A stretch of 64,000 nt of DNA from a virus (Duplodnaviria > Caudoviricetes): positions 30,790 to 94,789 of IMG/VR virus record IMGVR_UViG_2744054895_000001; one strand, written 5' to 3'. Below, one piece after another: positions 1 through 8,070 of this stretch; the stretch's first letter is position 1, and every line of letters starts with the position of its first letter. The notes under the pieces are model-generated. The model did not search any database and had not been told where the DNA came from. It worked only from the letters and a program-made list of their open reading frames with translations. Both the position numbers and the translations under genes were made by a program.

Positions 1-573
1 GAAGTTGAGGAAGTGCCCCTTCCCCTTCTCCTGCCAGCCCAGAAGCTTCCCCTTCTCGTCGCGGACGGGGAAGATCCAGAGCCGCCGCTTCGGGTCCCAG
101 AGGATCTCGAAACGGTCCGCTGCCTCGGCGGTGATGCCCTTGGAGGCGAGGGCCTTGGCCGGCGGCTCAGTGAACAGGGCGAGGTGTGCTTCCGTGACCT
201 CTTCCGTCTCCCGCTTCTTGGCGTAGGTTTCGCCGGCTAGGAGGCGTACCGCCCGGTCGATGACGCCCTGGTCGCTCACCCACTGGACGGCGTCGTCCTC
301 GCCCTGACCGCGGGTCTCCTCGGCGAGCCGGACGAAGGGGCCCTTGAAGGCGCAGGAGAAGCAGAGGAAGACTCCGGTGTCCTTGTGCACGTAGCAGGAA
401 GGGTTCCGGTCTTCCTTCCCCTTCCGCCGCAGGTGTGCCGGGCAGGGGATCCGCCAGTTCTCGGAGTCTTCCCCCACGATCTCGATGCCCAGCTTCCCGA
501 GGGCCGAGAGGACGTCGCCGGGGATCGGCGCGTCGAAGAGGTCCTGGTTACCAGCCCGCGTACGCCGGGACAT
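1..573 (-). CDS. DNA primase, N-terminal CHC2 zinc finger (runs off left edge; not in ORF track)
   Basis: Manual translation from ATG 573: MSRRTRAGNQDLFDAPIPGDVLSALGKLGIEIVGEDSENWRIPCPAHLRRKGKEDRNPSCYVHKDTGVFLCFSCAFKG, a CPxH...DxxPS...CFSC motif; directly downstream of DnaB. Confidence 0.85.
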   Translation of the reverse strand, partial: MSRRTRAGNQDLFDAPIPGDVLSALGKLGIEIVGEDSENWRIPCPAHLRRKGKEDRNPSCYVHKDTGVFLCFSCAFKGPFVRLAEETRGQGEDDAVQWVSDQGVIDRAVRLLAGETYAKKRETEEVTEAHLALFTEPPAKALASKGITAEAADRFEILWDPKRRLWIFPVRDEKGKLLGWQEKGKGHFLNF

Positions 574-1825
574 CGTCGTCCGCCTCCTCACCGAAGGGGT
601 CGCCCTGCTGCTCGATCAGCGAGCCGGAGTCCCAGTCGAGCTTCACGAACCACTCGTCCTTGGGGACGTTGCGGCCGGCCAGCACCTTGAGCTTGTAGAA
701 CATGGGATCGTCGGTCTGCTCGACGCCGAGCGCGAGGGTGGCGTCCTGAGCGAACGCGCTGGTGTAGCCCATGGAGCCGGAGTTGAGGCCGTTGGAGCCG
801 AGCTTGCTGCGCAGGGCCTGCGTGGTGACGACGAACGGGAGGGCGTTGCGGGCCGCCATGCGCTTGATGCCACGGGAGATGTTGGTCATGGCCAGCGGGG
901 TCTGCTGCTCACCGGAGACGGCGTCCACGAAAAAGTACGCACCGTCGATGATCACCGCGTCGGGCTTGTACTCGTCGATCTTGGCCTGGACGTTGTCGAG
1001 GGTCATCCGGGCGGAAGGGTCCTCGGCGATGATGTAGTCGCCCATTCCTTCCAGCTTCCGCATGGCCTTCTCCAGCCGCTTCCACTCCAGCTCGTTGAGT
1101 TCGCCGGCTCGGAGCTTGCGCTGGCTGATGCCGGCCAGGAAGGCGTCCAGGCGCTCGGAGATCTCCATGGCGGACATCTCGAAGGAGAAGAGCAGGGGGC
1201 GGGCGCCGACAGCGTGCATGGCTCGGGTGATGGCCAGAAGGGTTGTGGTCTTGTTCGACTTCTCCAGGCCGGTGAGGGTGACCATCTGGCCAGCCTGGAG
1301 GCCGAGGGTGAGCCGGTCGAGGGAGGGGAAGCCGGTCGGAAGACCTATCAGCTCCCCTTCCTCCCGCTCCGCGTACGAGCGGTAGGTGGCGAGACGGTCA
1401 TCGACGGTCTTGGCCCAGTTGAAGTCGTTGCCGACGGGGGTGTCTTCGGCGACCTTGCTGATCAGGGCGCGGACGATGTCGAGGGCGTGGTCGGTGTCGC
1501 CCTGGGCGACGAGTGCCTCGACCGCGGCATTGAGACCGCGCTCGGTCAGCGCCGTGCGGCGCCGGTCGCGGATCCGGTCGATGAGGTACTCGATCGGCTC
1601 TTCGACCTCGGCGACCTCGAACGTCGGGTGGTCGGCGCGCACCGCGTCGAGGGTCGGCGCCATGCCGTACTCGGCGTTGTAGGCGATCATGTCCTCGAAC
1701 ACGCGCCGGATCTCACTGTTGGTGATGTGCCGGGGCTTGATCTTGGCGTTGAGAACCGAGGTGATGTCACCTGTCTGGATGATCTTGCACAGCAGCTTGT
1801 GCTCGTGCGACAGGACCGCCGTCAC
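548..1825 (-). CDS. dnaB: DnaB-like replicative helicase
   Basis: GLPTGFPSLDRLTLGLQAG, degenerate Walker A GLEKSNKTT, FSFEMS, IIDG, AFAQDA motifs. Confidence 0.9.
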   Translation of the reverse strand: MTAVLSHEHKLLCKIIQTGDITSVLNAKIKPRHITNSEIRRVFEDMIAYNAEYGMAPTLDAVRADHPTFEVAEVEEPIEYLIDRIRDRRRTALTERGLNAAVEALVAQGDTDHALDIVRALISKVAEDTPVGNDFNWAKTVDDRLATYRSYAEREEGELIGLPTGFPSLDRLTLGLQAGQMVTLTGLEKSNKTTTLLAITRAMHAVGARPLLFSFEMSAMEISERLDAFLAGISQRKLRAGELNELEWKRLEKAMRKLEGMGDYIIAEDPSARMTLDNVQAKIDEYKPDAVIIDGAYFFVDAVSGEQQTPLAMTNISRGIKRMAARNALPFVVTTQALRSKLGSNGLNSGSMGYTSAFAQDATLALGVEQTDDPMFYKLKVLAGRNVPKDEWFVKLDWDSGSLIEQQGDPFGEEADDDVPAYAGW

Positions 1826-2052
1826 TGCTCTCCCTTCAGGGCCGCGATGGTGGTGTTGATCAGGACCGTCTTGCCGGTGCGCCTGGGCCGCTCGACGTGG
1901 AGCCGGAAGGTCGACCAGTCGGGATCGACACCGTCAAGGCGCATCTGCGCGAGGATCGCGACCAGGCCGGAGCGTTCAATGCGACGCACTTGGTGGCGTG
2001 GAAGCCATGCCGGCAGCTCGAAGCTGTGCTCGTAGGTGCAGGCGTGCGTCAC
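1822..2052 (-). CDS. hypothetical protein
   Basis: 76 aa ORF with 4-nt overlaps to both neighbours. Confidence 0.6.
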   Translation of the reverse strand: MTHACTYEHSFELPAWLPRHQVRRIERSGLVAILAQMRLDGVDPDWSTFRLHVERPRRTGKTVLINTTIAALKGEQ

Positions 2053-2864
2053 GCGGCGCTCTCCTCCTCGACGAAGCAGCCGCAGCCGCCGATGTCGTAC
2101 GGATCGACGTTGATCTGCTCGGCCTCGACGCGCTCGCGGAAATCCTGAAGCGTCATGGGCTTGGTGATGCCGCCGCGTCGGTCCCGGAGAATGGCGATGT
2201 CCTTGCCGAGGTAGTTCCGCAGGTCTTGCTCCTGTTGCTCGTGGTAGGCGTAGCGGTCGGGCATGACCTTCAGGAGGTTCTTGAACTGGGCCTGGCCGCT
2301 ACGGACGCAGAACCCGCCACAGTTGGCGTGGGCAAAGCCGAGGCTGTAAAGCCGGGGAGGTTTGATGCCCCGCTGCTGGAGCTGCTCCAGAATGTCGTCC
2401 TTGTCGAGGTAGGGCGGCTCGCACAGCGGCGCTACAGCCGTGTAGGGCAGGTAGGCCCGCTGGATGGCCGGCAGGCGGTGCGCCTCGCTCCAGTCGATGC
2501 CGACGTAGACGGTGGTCTCCGCCGGGTCGCAGTTGGCCTCCAGCCACTTGCGCGCCGGCCGCTGCTTGAGGAGCTTGGAGCAGTTCGACAGGCGGGTGTT
2601 GCCGAGGAATCGGTCGTCCCGGAAGACCTGCCATATGTCGCGTCCCTCGGTCAGCCAGACCAGTTGTCCGCCGAGGTCCCAGGCGGCCTGTCGCAGGAAG
2701 CGGTAGTTGTCCTTGTCTTCGCCGGCGTGCGGGCTGAGGTTGGTTCCCTTGACGTCGGAGAAAACGAGGTAGAGGTTCTCGTTGTCGTGCTGCTCGACAA
2801 CGCGCCGGGCCGCAGCCCAGGACCCTGCTCCGCTGCTGAACATGACCACGTGCTTATGCGGCAC
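2049..2864 (-). CDS. PP-loop (PAPS reductase-like) adenine nucleotide alpha-hydrolase family protein
   Basis: N-terminal VVMFSSGAGS, CSKLLKQRP, PPRLYSLGFAHANCGGFCV, C-terminal GGCGCF. Confidence 0.75.
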   Translation of the reverse strand: MPHKHVVMFSSGAGSWAAARRVVEQHDNENLYLVFSDVKGTNLSPHAGEDKDNYRFLRQAAWDLGGQLVWLTEGRDIWQVFRDDRFLGNTRLSNCSKLLKQRPARKWLEANCDPAETTVYVGIDWSEAHRLPAIQRAYLPYTAVAPLCEPPYLDKDDILEQLQQRGIKPPRLYSLGFAHANCGGFCVRSGQAQFKNLLKVMPDRYAYHEQQEQDLRNYLGKDIAILRDRRGGITKPMTLQDFRERVEAEQINVDPYDIGGCGCFVEEESAA

Positions 2865-3594
2865 GGCGGAGGTCCTCTCCGGTCATCGGGACGACCTCGC
2901 AGGCTTCCGACAGGAAGCTCTGCATGGAGGGGTTGTAGACCTTGTCCCAGTCGCCGGGCTTGTTGTTGCTGGTGAGGATGGTCGGCAGGGCGTTGCGGTA
3001 CCGGCCGCGGATGAGGGCGTCGAAGACATCGGCCGCGTATCCGGAGGCGGTGTGGTGCTCCTTACCCATGTCGTCGAGGACGACCAATGGCCAGGTGAGG
3101 ACCTTGTCCAGGAGTTTCTGGAGGGCCATGAACTTCTCGCGGGCGAACTCGTCGCCGGTCGCCTGGTAGAGATCCCGCCAGTTGCGGTGCTCGATCAGGG
3201 CCTGGACGTAGTCAGCGAACGGGACGAACAGGATGCGGCCGGCCCCGCCTGGGTGTCGCTGTCGGATGGTGGCGAGTACCGCGCACGCCGTTGTCGTCTT
3301 GCCCGTGCCGGCGTTGCCAAAGAGCAGCAGCCCCTTGCCGATGTGGCAGCGATCCTCAGGTATGTCGGCCATCGTCGCGTCGGCCGGGATGTGGCGCTCA
3401 CGCCAAGTTGCGACGAAGTCTTCGACGGCCTTGCGGACGTGGGGCTGGAGCCGGGTCAGGGACTCGATCCCAAGGCCCCAGTGCTGCACGGGGATCCTGG
3501 CCGTCTTCCAGACCAGGCTCGTGTCTCTGTCTGGCGCTTCGGCTGTCTGCACGGTCCTCCTCCTTGCGGTAACGCGAGGAGCACATTGAACCAC
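2854..3594 (-). CDS. DnaC/IstB-like AAA+ helicase loader
   Basis: GLLLFGNAGTGKTT Walker A, LVVLDDMGKE Walker B, RYRNALPTILTSN; true start may be GTG near 3552. Confidence 0.9.
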   Translation of the reverse strand: MVQCAPRVTARRRTVQTAEAPDRDTSLVWKTARIPVQHWGLGIESLTRLQPHVRKAVEDFVATWRERHIPADATMADIPEDRCHIGKGLLLFGNAGTGKTTTACAVLATIRQRHPGGAGRILFVPFADYVQALIEHRNWRDLYQATGDEFAREKFMALQKLLDKVLTWPLVVLDDMGKEHHTASGYAADVFDALIRGRYRNALPTILTSNNKPGDWDKVYNPSMQSFLSEACEVVPMTGEDLRRAA

Positions 3595-3628
3595 AACTTG
3601 TGGAACAACTTAACGTGCAAGTTGTTGG

Positions 3629-4624
3629 TCACCATGCCCAGTCGCCAGCCGGTTGGTCCCCGGAAGGCCCATCCCAGCCTTGGTAGACCGCGTCCGGGTG
3701 CTCCTTCAGCGCCTCCACCTCGCGCCCCTTGCGGATCGCGTCGATCAGCAGGGCGCGCTTGCCGATGAAGTCCTGCCACGCGAGCGCACGCGGGTTCCGC
3801 AGTCCCTCCGTGGTCGCGTAAAGCGCGCTCATCTCGCGCAGTTCGTCCGGCGTCAGACCGGCGCCCTTGAGCTTCACGAAGTGGCTGGCCAACGCTCTGA
3901 GGTTGCTCTCCAGCCCGAACGCCCACGGCTGCTCCTCGACGGTTTCCCGCCAGTGCCGAGCCAGGCCAGGTCCGGTGTCCGGCCCAGGCTGGCGGCGCCC
4001 AGTGACCTTCTGCCGACGGTCGGCGCCCCAGCCACCTCGGGGCTGTTCCTGGGGCTCCTGAGCTGCTTTCTCGTCGTCCCACAAGCCCATGGACTTCGCC
4101 GGGTCGTAGGCATCCTCCTCGGCCGCCCGCCGCTTCTCCTCGGCTCGCCGGGAGGCCCTGCGCGGAGCCGTGCGCGAAGCGTGCGGGCCTTCCGAAGGAA
4201 GGAGATTCTTTGAATCTCCTTCTTGTTGCGCCACTTTTGGCGTGACCCCTACGCCACATCTGGCGTAGCCCATCTCCTCGGGTGTGGCCAGGTAGTAGTT
4301 GCACGGACCGCCAGCCCAGCGCCGCTCGGTGCGCAGCCAGCCGCTCTCTCGCAGCTCGGTGATGCGTCGCGAGACGGTTCGCAAGGACCAGTTGAGGTCC
4401 TTGGCCAGGCGCTGTTGCTTCGGGAAGGCGCAGCCGTTGCGGCCGGCGTACTTGGCCAGCAGGCACCCGAGCCGGAACGCTGCATCGGAGATCTTGTTGT
4501 CGAGGATGAAGACGTGCGGGGTCTGGACCCACAGTTCGTGGGCCATGAGGCGGTCCTGCTCCTGGTCCTTGGTCACCGGCCGCCCTCGGGGGTGATCAGG
4601 CCGACAGACTTCAGCTCGGTCCAC
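3629..4624 (-). CDS. Phage replication initiator with N-terminal winged HTH
   Basis: ISDAAFRL...CAFPKQQRLAKDLNWSLRTVSRRITELRESGWL; lies upstream of the DnaC-like gene; start uncertain. Confidence 0.75.
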   Translation of the reverse strand: MDRAEVCRPDHPRGRPVTKDQEQDRLMAHELWVQTPHVFILDNKISDAAFRLGCLLAKYAGRNGCAFPKQQRLAKDLNWSLRTVSRRITELRESGWLRTERRWAGGPCNYYLATPEEMGYARCGVGVTPKVAQQEGDSKNLLPSEGPHASRTAPRRASRRAEEKRRAAEEDAYDPAKSMGLWDDEKAAQEPQEQPRGGWGADRRQKVTGRRQPGPDTGPGLARHWRETVEEQPWAFGLESNLRALASHFVKLKGAGLTPDELREMSALYATTEGLRNPRALAWQDFIGKRALLIDAIRKGREVEALKEHPDAVYQGWDGPSGDQPAGDWAW

Positions 4625-4833
4625 CAGCCGTTGATCTTGGGCAGGCTGTCGGGCAGTTCCTCGGCGAGGGCGACGGGCGTCATTTCGGCGCCCTCGCCGC
4701 GGGTCAGCAGGTACAGGTAGAGGCCGCGTGCTCCGCTGGATATGCGGGTGTCGGTGGCGATCTCGCGCGGGACGCTCACGGGCGCGTTGGCCCAGCCCTG
4801 GAGGGGGCCTGCCGGGTAGTCCTCGTGGCTCAT
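4573..4833 (-). CDS. small winged-HTH protein resembling initiator N-terminus
   Basis: VPREIATDTRISSGARGLYLYLL...ELKSVGLI. Confidence 0.6.
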   Translation of the reverse strand: MSHEDYPAGPLQGWANAPVSVPREIATDTRISSGARGLYLYLLTRGEGAEMTPVALAEELPDSLPKINGWWTELKSVGLITPEGGR

Positions 4834-4894
4834 CTGGTCACCTCGGAAGCGTGGGAAGGCGGGGTGGCCGTGGCCGCCCCGCCGTTGTGCCGGG

Positions 4895-5920
4895 TCAGGC
4901 AGCGACCTCGCGGATCTGGACGTTTCTGCGTGGACGGCCGCGCAGCGGTTCCCACTCGTTCGTCTTCGGGTTCAGCCACTCCTTGCGGACCTTGCCGGTC
5001 GTAGGCCGCTTCGCCGGCTTCTCTGCTGCCGGGGCCGATTCCTCGTCTGCCAGCGCGTTGGTTCGCTGCGCACCGCGTACGGCCTGCTTGGCCTTCTCCA
5101 GGCCCTTCATGGCGAGGGCGGTGATGGGGCGATAGCGGATCTCGGCAAGGTTGGCCGCGGCGTTGGACTCGTCGACCAGGCGAAGGTGTGCGACGACGGC
5201 TTCCAGAACGTCGACCACATCCCCCGCATCGGCAGCCTGAGTGGTCGTCATTTGACGGTGGGCTGCGGCGACTTCGTCCTCCAGCGTTTCCGCCGGTTCG
5301 TCGGCCGCCGGCTGCTCGGGGAGCGGGACGAGGGTCTGGGTGCCGCCCTTGCAGGGCTCCTCGGCGTCCTCCGCCGCCGCGCCCTCTTCCGGCTCGTCCT
5401 CCTGCTGGGTTTCCTCGGGCTCGGGCTCCGGCGGCGTGATCTGCTTCAGCGCGTCGCGCAGGTCCAGGACGGTGATGTCCTCGTCGAGGGCGTAGTCGAC
5501 CAGGTCGCGGAGTTCGTCGTCGCCCTCGTCACCGGCCACGAGCAGGTATCGGCCGCCGTCGCGCTCGGCGAGGGTGCGGCCGAGGACGGTGTAGAGCTCG
5601 TCGTCCCGAGCGGGGACGGCGTCCTCGGCGTTGTCGCGGATGACCTTGGACGCCTTGTCGAGGGTCTGGGCGACGATCGCGGTGTAGGGCACCTCGGGGT
5701 TGACGTTGCCGGACCAGTTGTAGACGACCTTGACGGCGGGCGTTACACGCTCGGCAGCGGCCGGGATGACGAGGAGGACTTCGTTGTCCGTGGTGGGCTT
5801 GCCGTTGGCGTCGATGCCGAGCCAGTCGTCGAGCAGTTCGTAGACGGTGTCCCTGTTGACGGGGCCAGCCCCGGCGACAGCGATGTGGGTGGTGGCCAAA
5901 TGTGCTCCTTGTGCGGGCAC
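4895..5920 (-). CDS. hypothetical protein with acidic linker and C-terminal AT-hook-like RGRPR
   Basis: 341 aa ORF, first gene of the replication operon. Confidence 0.6.
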   Translation of the reverse strand: MPAQGAHLATTHIAVAGAGPVNRDTVYELLDDWLGIDANGKPTTDNEVLLVIPAAAERVTPAVKVVYNWSGNVNPEVPYTAIVAQTLDKASKVIRDNAEDAVPARDDELYTVLGRTLAERDGGRYLLVAGDEGDDELRDLVDYALDEDITVLDLRDALKQITPPEPEPEETQQEDEPEEGAAAEDAEEPCKGGTQTLVPLPEQPAADEPAETLEDEVAAAHRQMTTTQAADAGDVVDVLEAVVAHLRLVDESNAAANLAEIRYRPITALAMKGLEKAKQAVRGAQRTNALADEESAPAAEKPAKRPTTGKVRKEWLNPKTNEWEPLRGRPRRNVQIREVAA

Positions 5921-5976
5921 GTCGCGCCCTCCGGGCGGACGCGCCGGATGATCAAGACTTGTTGGACATCTTAACG

Positions 5977-5998
5977 CACAAGTTGTGGAACAAGTTGG
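5977..5998. promoter_or_regulatory. Putative operator ACAA(C/G)TTGTGGAACAA(C/G)TT; copies at 3593-3611 and, inverted, 51317-51336
   Basis: Three near-identical AT-rich intergenic copies, each upstream of a minus-strand gene. Confidence 0.65.
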
Positions 5999-6008
5999 CA
6001 GACAAGCG

Positions 6009-6042
6009 GCGAGCCCGCCCCTTGAGCTCGGGACGGGCTCGT
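6009..6042 (-). terminator. Probable intrinsic terminator after holin
   Basis: Inverted repeat CGAGCCCGCCCC...GGGACGGGCTCG. Confidence 0.55.
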
Positions 6043-6056
6043 AGCGAGCGGCTCGG

Positions 6057-6371
6057 TCAGCCTTCGGCGTCGGCCGTCGCTGGGGCCTTGTAGAGCGCCT
6101 TGGCGAGCAGCTCCTGGAGCGTGGTGCCCTTGTAGATGCCGTAGTGTGCGGCGACGCCGAACACGAAGGCGGTAGCCGCGCTCCAGCCGGCGACGCCCAG
6201 GTTGAAGGTGGCAGGGTCCGAGACGTACTCGGTGCCCAGACCGCCCGCTGCGGACAGCGCGGCGAGGATGGTGCCCTTGACCCAACCGGCCCAGGTCTCC
6301 TTGGAAACCACAGCGACCAGCAGGGGAAGCCCGGCGCCTACCAGCAGATTGACAATGCTTACTCGGTCCAT
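6057..6371 (-). CDS. Putative holin
   Basis: 104 aa from MDRVSIVNLL; three hydrophobic segments; last gene of the late operon; GGAG RBS. Confidence 0.7.
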   Translation of the reverse strand: MDRVSIVNLLVGAGLPLLVAVVSKETWAGWVKGTILAALSAAGGLGTEYVSDPATFNLGVAGWSAATAFVFGVAAHYGIYKGTTLQELLAKALYKAPATADAEG

Positions 6372-6387
6372 TGACACTCCAAAATTC

Positions 6388-8070
6388 CTAGGAGAAGACG
6401 AGACTGAACGTTGTCCCCCAAGGAACATTCTCCCGGAGAATCTCCGTAAGTCGTTGTGCGTGCCTTGCCCTTCCGGGGAAGTAGAGGCTTTTTGAGGAGT
6501 CGTTCGACCCTTGCCACAGGTAATCGGCGGAAGGATCTGAGCCGTCGAAGTACTCCCCCAGTTCCGAGCCCTCTTCCACGAGAATGTCGTCCGCCCAGAA
6601 AGCGATGCCGTTATTGCTGGCCGCGTATGTGGCTTTGGGTGCCAGAATGCCTGCGTATACCTGGCGTGTGCTGGTGGCAGGTGGTGTCCAGGTGTAGTAG
6701 ACGCGCACCCAGTCACCGTCAACCAACTCGGGACGGTTCGCCTTGATCCAGTCTGTGTCTGGGCCGTAGCGGTACGTGGTGCCGAGTGGGTCCCAGGCTG
6801 CTGCGCTGAGGGCTGGATAGCCAGATGGGACGTTCACCCACGCCGATATGGTGTGGGGGACGCCCGTCTTCAGCAGGTCGCCGCCCTTGGTACCGGGGTT
6901 GATGCCGCCCAGAGTGGCAATTCCGACCTGTGCAGGAGCAGTTCCCCCGCTGGGAACCTGAAATTTCAAAGAGCCGGGCTTGGTTCTTCCCTCGACGCTG
7001 TCCCAGGTGAATGTGTTGGTAACGCCTGAGACGCCGTGATATCCCCAGCGTGCGGTACCCGAGTTCATTCCAGGGTTGTTGACAAGGTTGACTCGCTTGG
7101 GTTTAACCCGGATTTGCAGGTCCCGCGGCGCCTGCCAATCGGGCACTCGGTATGCCGGATCCTGTGACTCGTAGGCGAGGTAGTGTGCGTCGGAGTAGAA
7201 GTACCAACCGATCTGCGGCGACGTATTTCCGTAGTAAACGAACGGCGTCACGCACGCGTACCGGGCGGTGCTCGGCGCGGTCACGCTGACCTGTGCGGTG
7301 GACCAGTAGCCGTTGGGCTGGCTGGTGTTGTCGCTGGCCGAGGACAGCCCGTCGTAGACCAGCTTGTAGTTGGCGTCGTAGCAGCGAACCCAGACCCGCC
7401 AGCGTCGGGAGATGTCGGTGGATACAGAGACGCGGGCGGTGATTCGGCCGCCACCGGCCTTCAGCGGCGCGAGGGCGTCGGTGTGCGGCTCCAGTGCCCA
7501 GCCGGTTGAGCCGCTGGGAATGTAGATGGTCGTCGCCTTGGCCGAGTATTCGCCGACCAGGGCTCGCTCTTTGGTGCGCGTCGCGACGGTGCCGTTGTAC
7601 GACTCGTAACACATGTGGTCGTCGTGGAAGGCTGCCGACCGGTCCAGCAGGTTGCCCGAGGCCGCCTTGGCGAACTGGACGCGGTCGAATGCGACCGTTG
7701 CATTCGTCGGCAGGTTGTCGTAACGCAGCCCGACGCTGGCGTAGGCGGCCCCGTTCCACAGCTTCCCAGCTTCGCCGCGGTTGTAGTCGATGGGCACAGC
7801 CGCGGTAATGCTCGTGCGTTGCCACGTGGAGCTCAAGGTGGCGAGCAGGTCCGAGCCGCCGACCCAGGACATCGCCGGATCGGCCGAGGAGGGGTTGGCG
7901 ATGCCGAGGTCGGCGAATCCGCCAGCCGGGTGCAGCGTCGTCATCGCAGCGGTGCCGCTGGTGCTGCTGGTGGCCGATCCGGCGATGAGGAGCGAGTACT
8001 GAGTGATGGGGTCGCTGCCCGTCGTCTCGACGATCGCCTGTATCGGCTGGGTGGAGAGAACCGGCATCAC
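6388..8070 (-). CDS. Tail/baseplate-associated protein with beta-sandwich (CBM-like) domains
   Basis: NLVNNPGM...ADDILVEEG..GEYFDG motifs typical of actinophage tail proteins; position. Confidence 0.65.
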   Translation of the reverse strand: MMPVLSTQPIQAIVETTGSDPITQYSLLIAGSATSSTSGTAAMTTLHPAGGFADLGIANPSSADPAMSWVGGSDLLATLSSTWQRTSITAAVPIDYNRGEAGKLWNGAAYASVGLRYDNLPTNATVAFDRVQFAKAASGNLLDRSAAFHDDHMCYESYNGTVATRTKERALVGEYSAKATTIYIPSGSTGWALEPHTDALAPLKAGGGRITARVSVSTDISRRWRVWVRCYDANYKLVYDGLSSASDNTSQPNGYWSTAQVSVTAPSTARYACVTPFVYYGNTSPQIGWYFYSDAHYLAYESQDPAYRVPDWQAPRDLQIRVKPKRVNLVNNPGMNSGTARWGYHGVSGVTNTFTWDSVEGRTKPGSLKFQVPSGGTAPAQVGIATLGGINPGTKGGDLLKTGVPHTISAWVNVPSGYPALSAAAWDPLGTTYRYGPDTDWIKANRPELVDGDWVRVYYTWTPPATSTRQVYAGILAPKATYAASNNGIAFWADDILVEEGSELGEYFDGSDPSADYLWQGSNDSSKSLYFPGRARHAQRLTEILRENVPWGTTFSLVFS

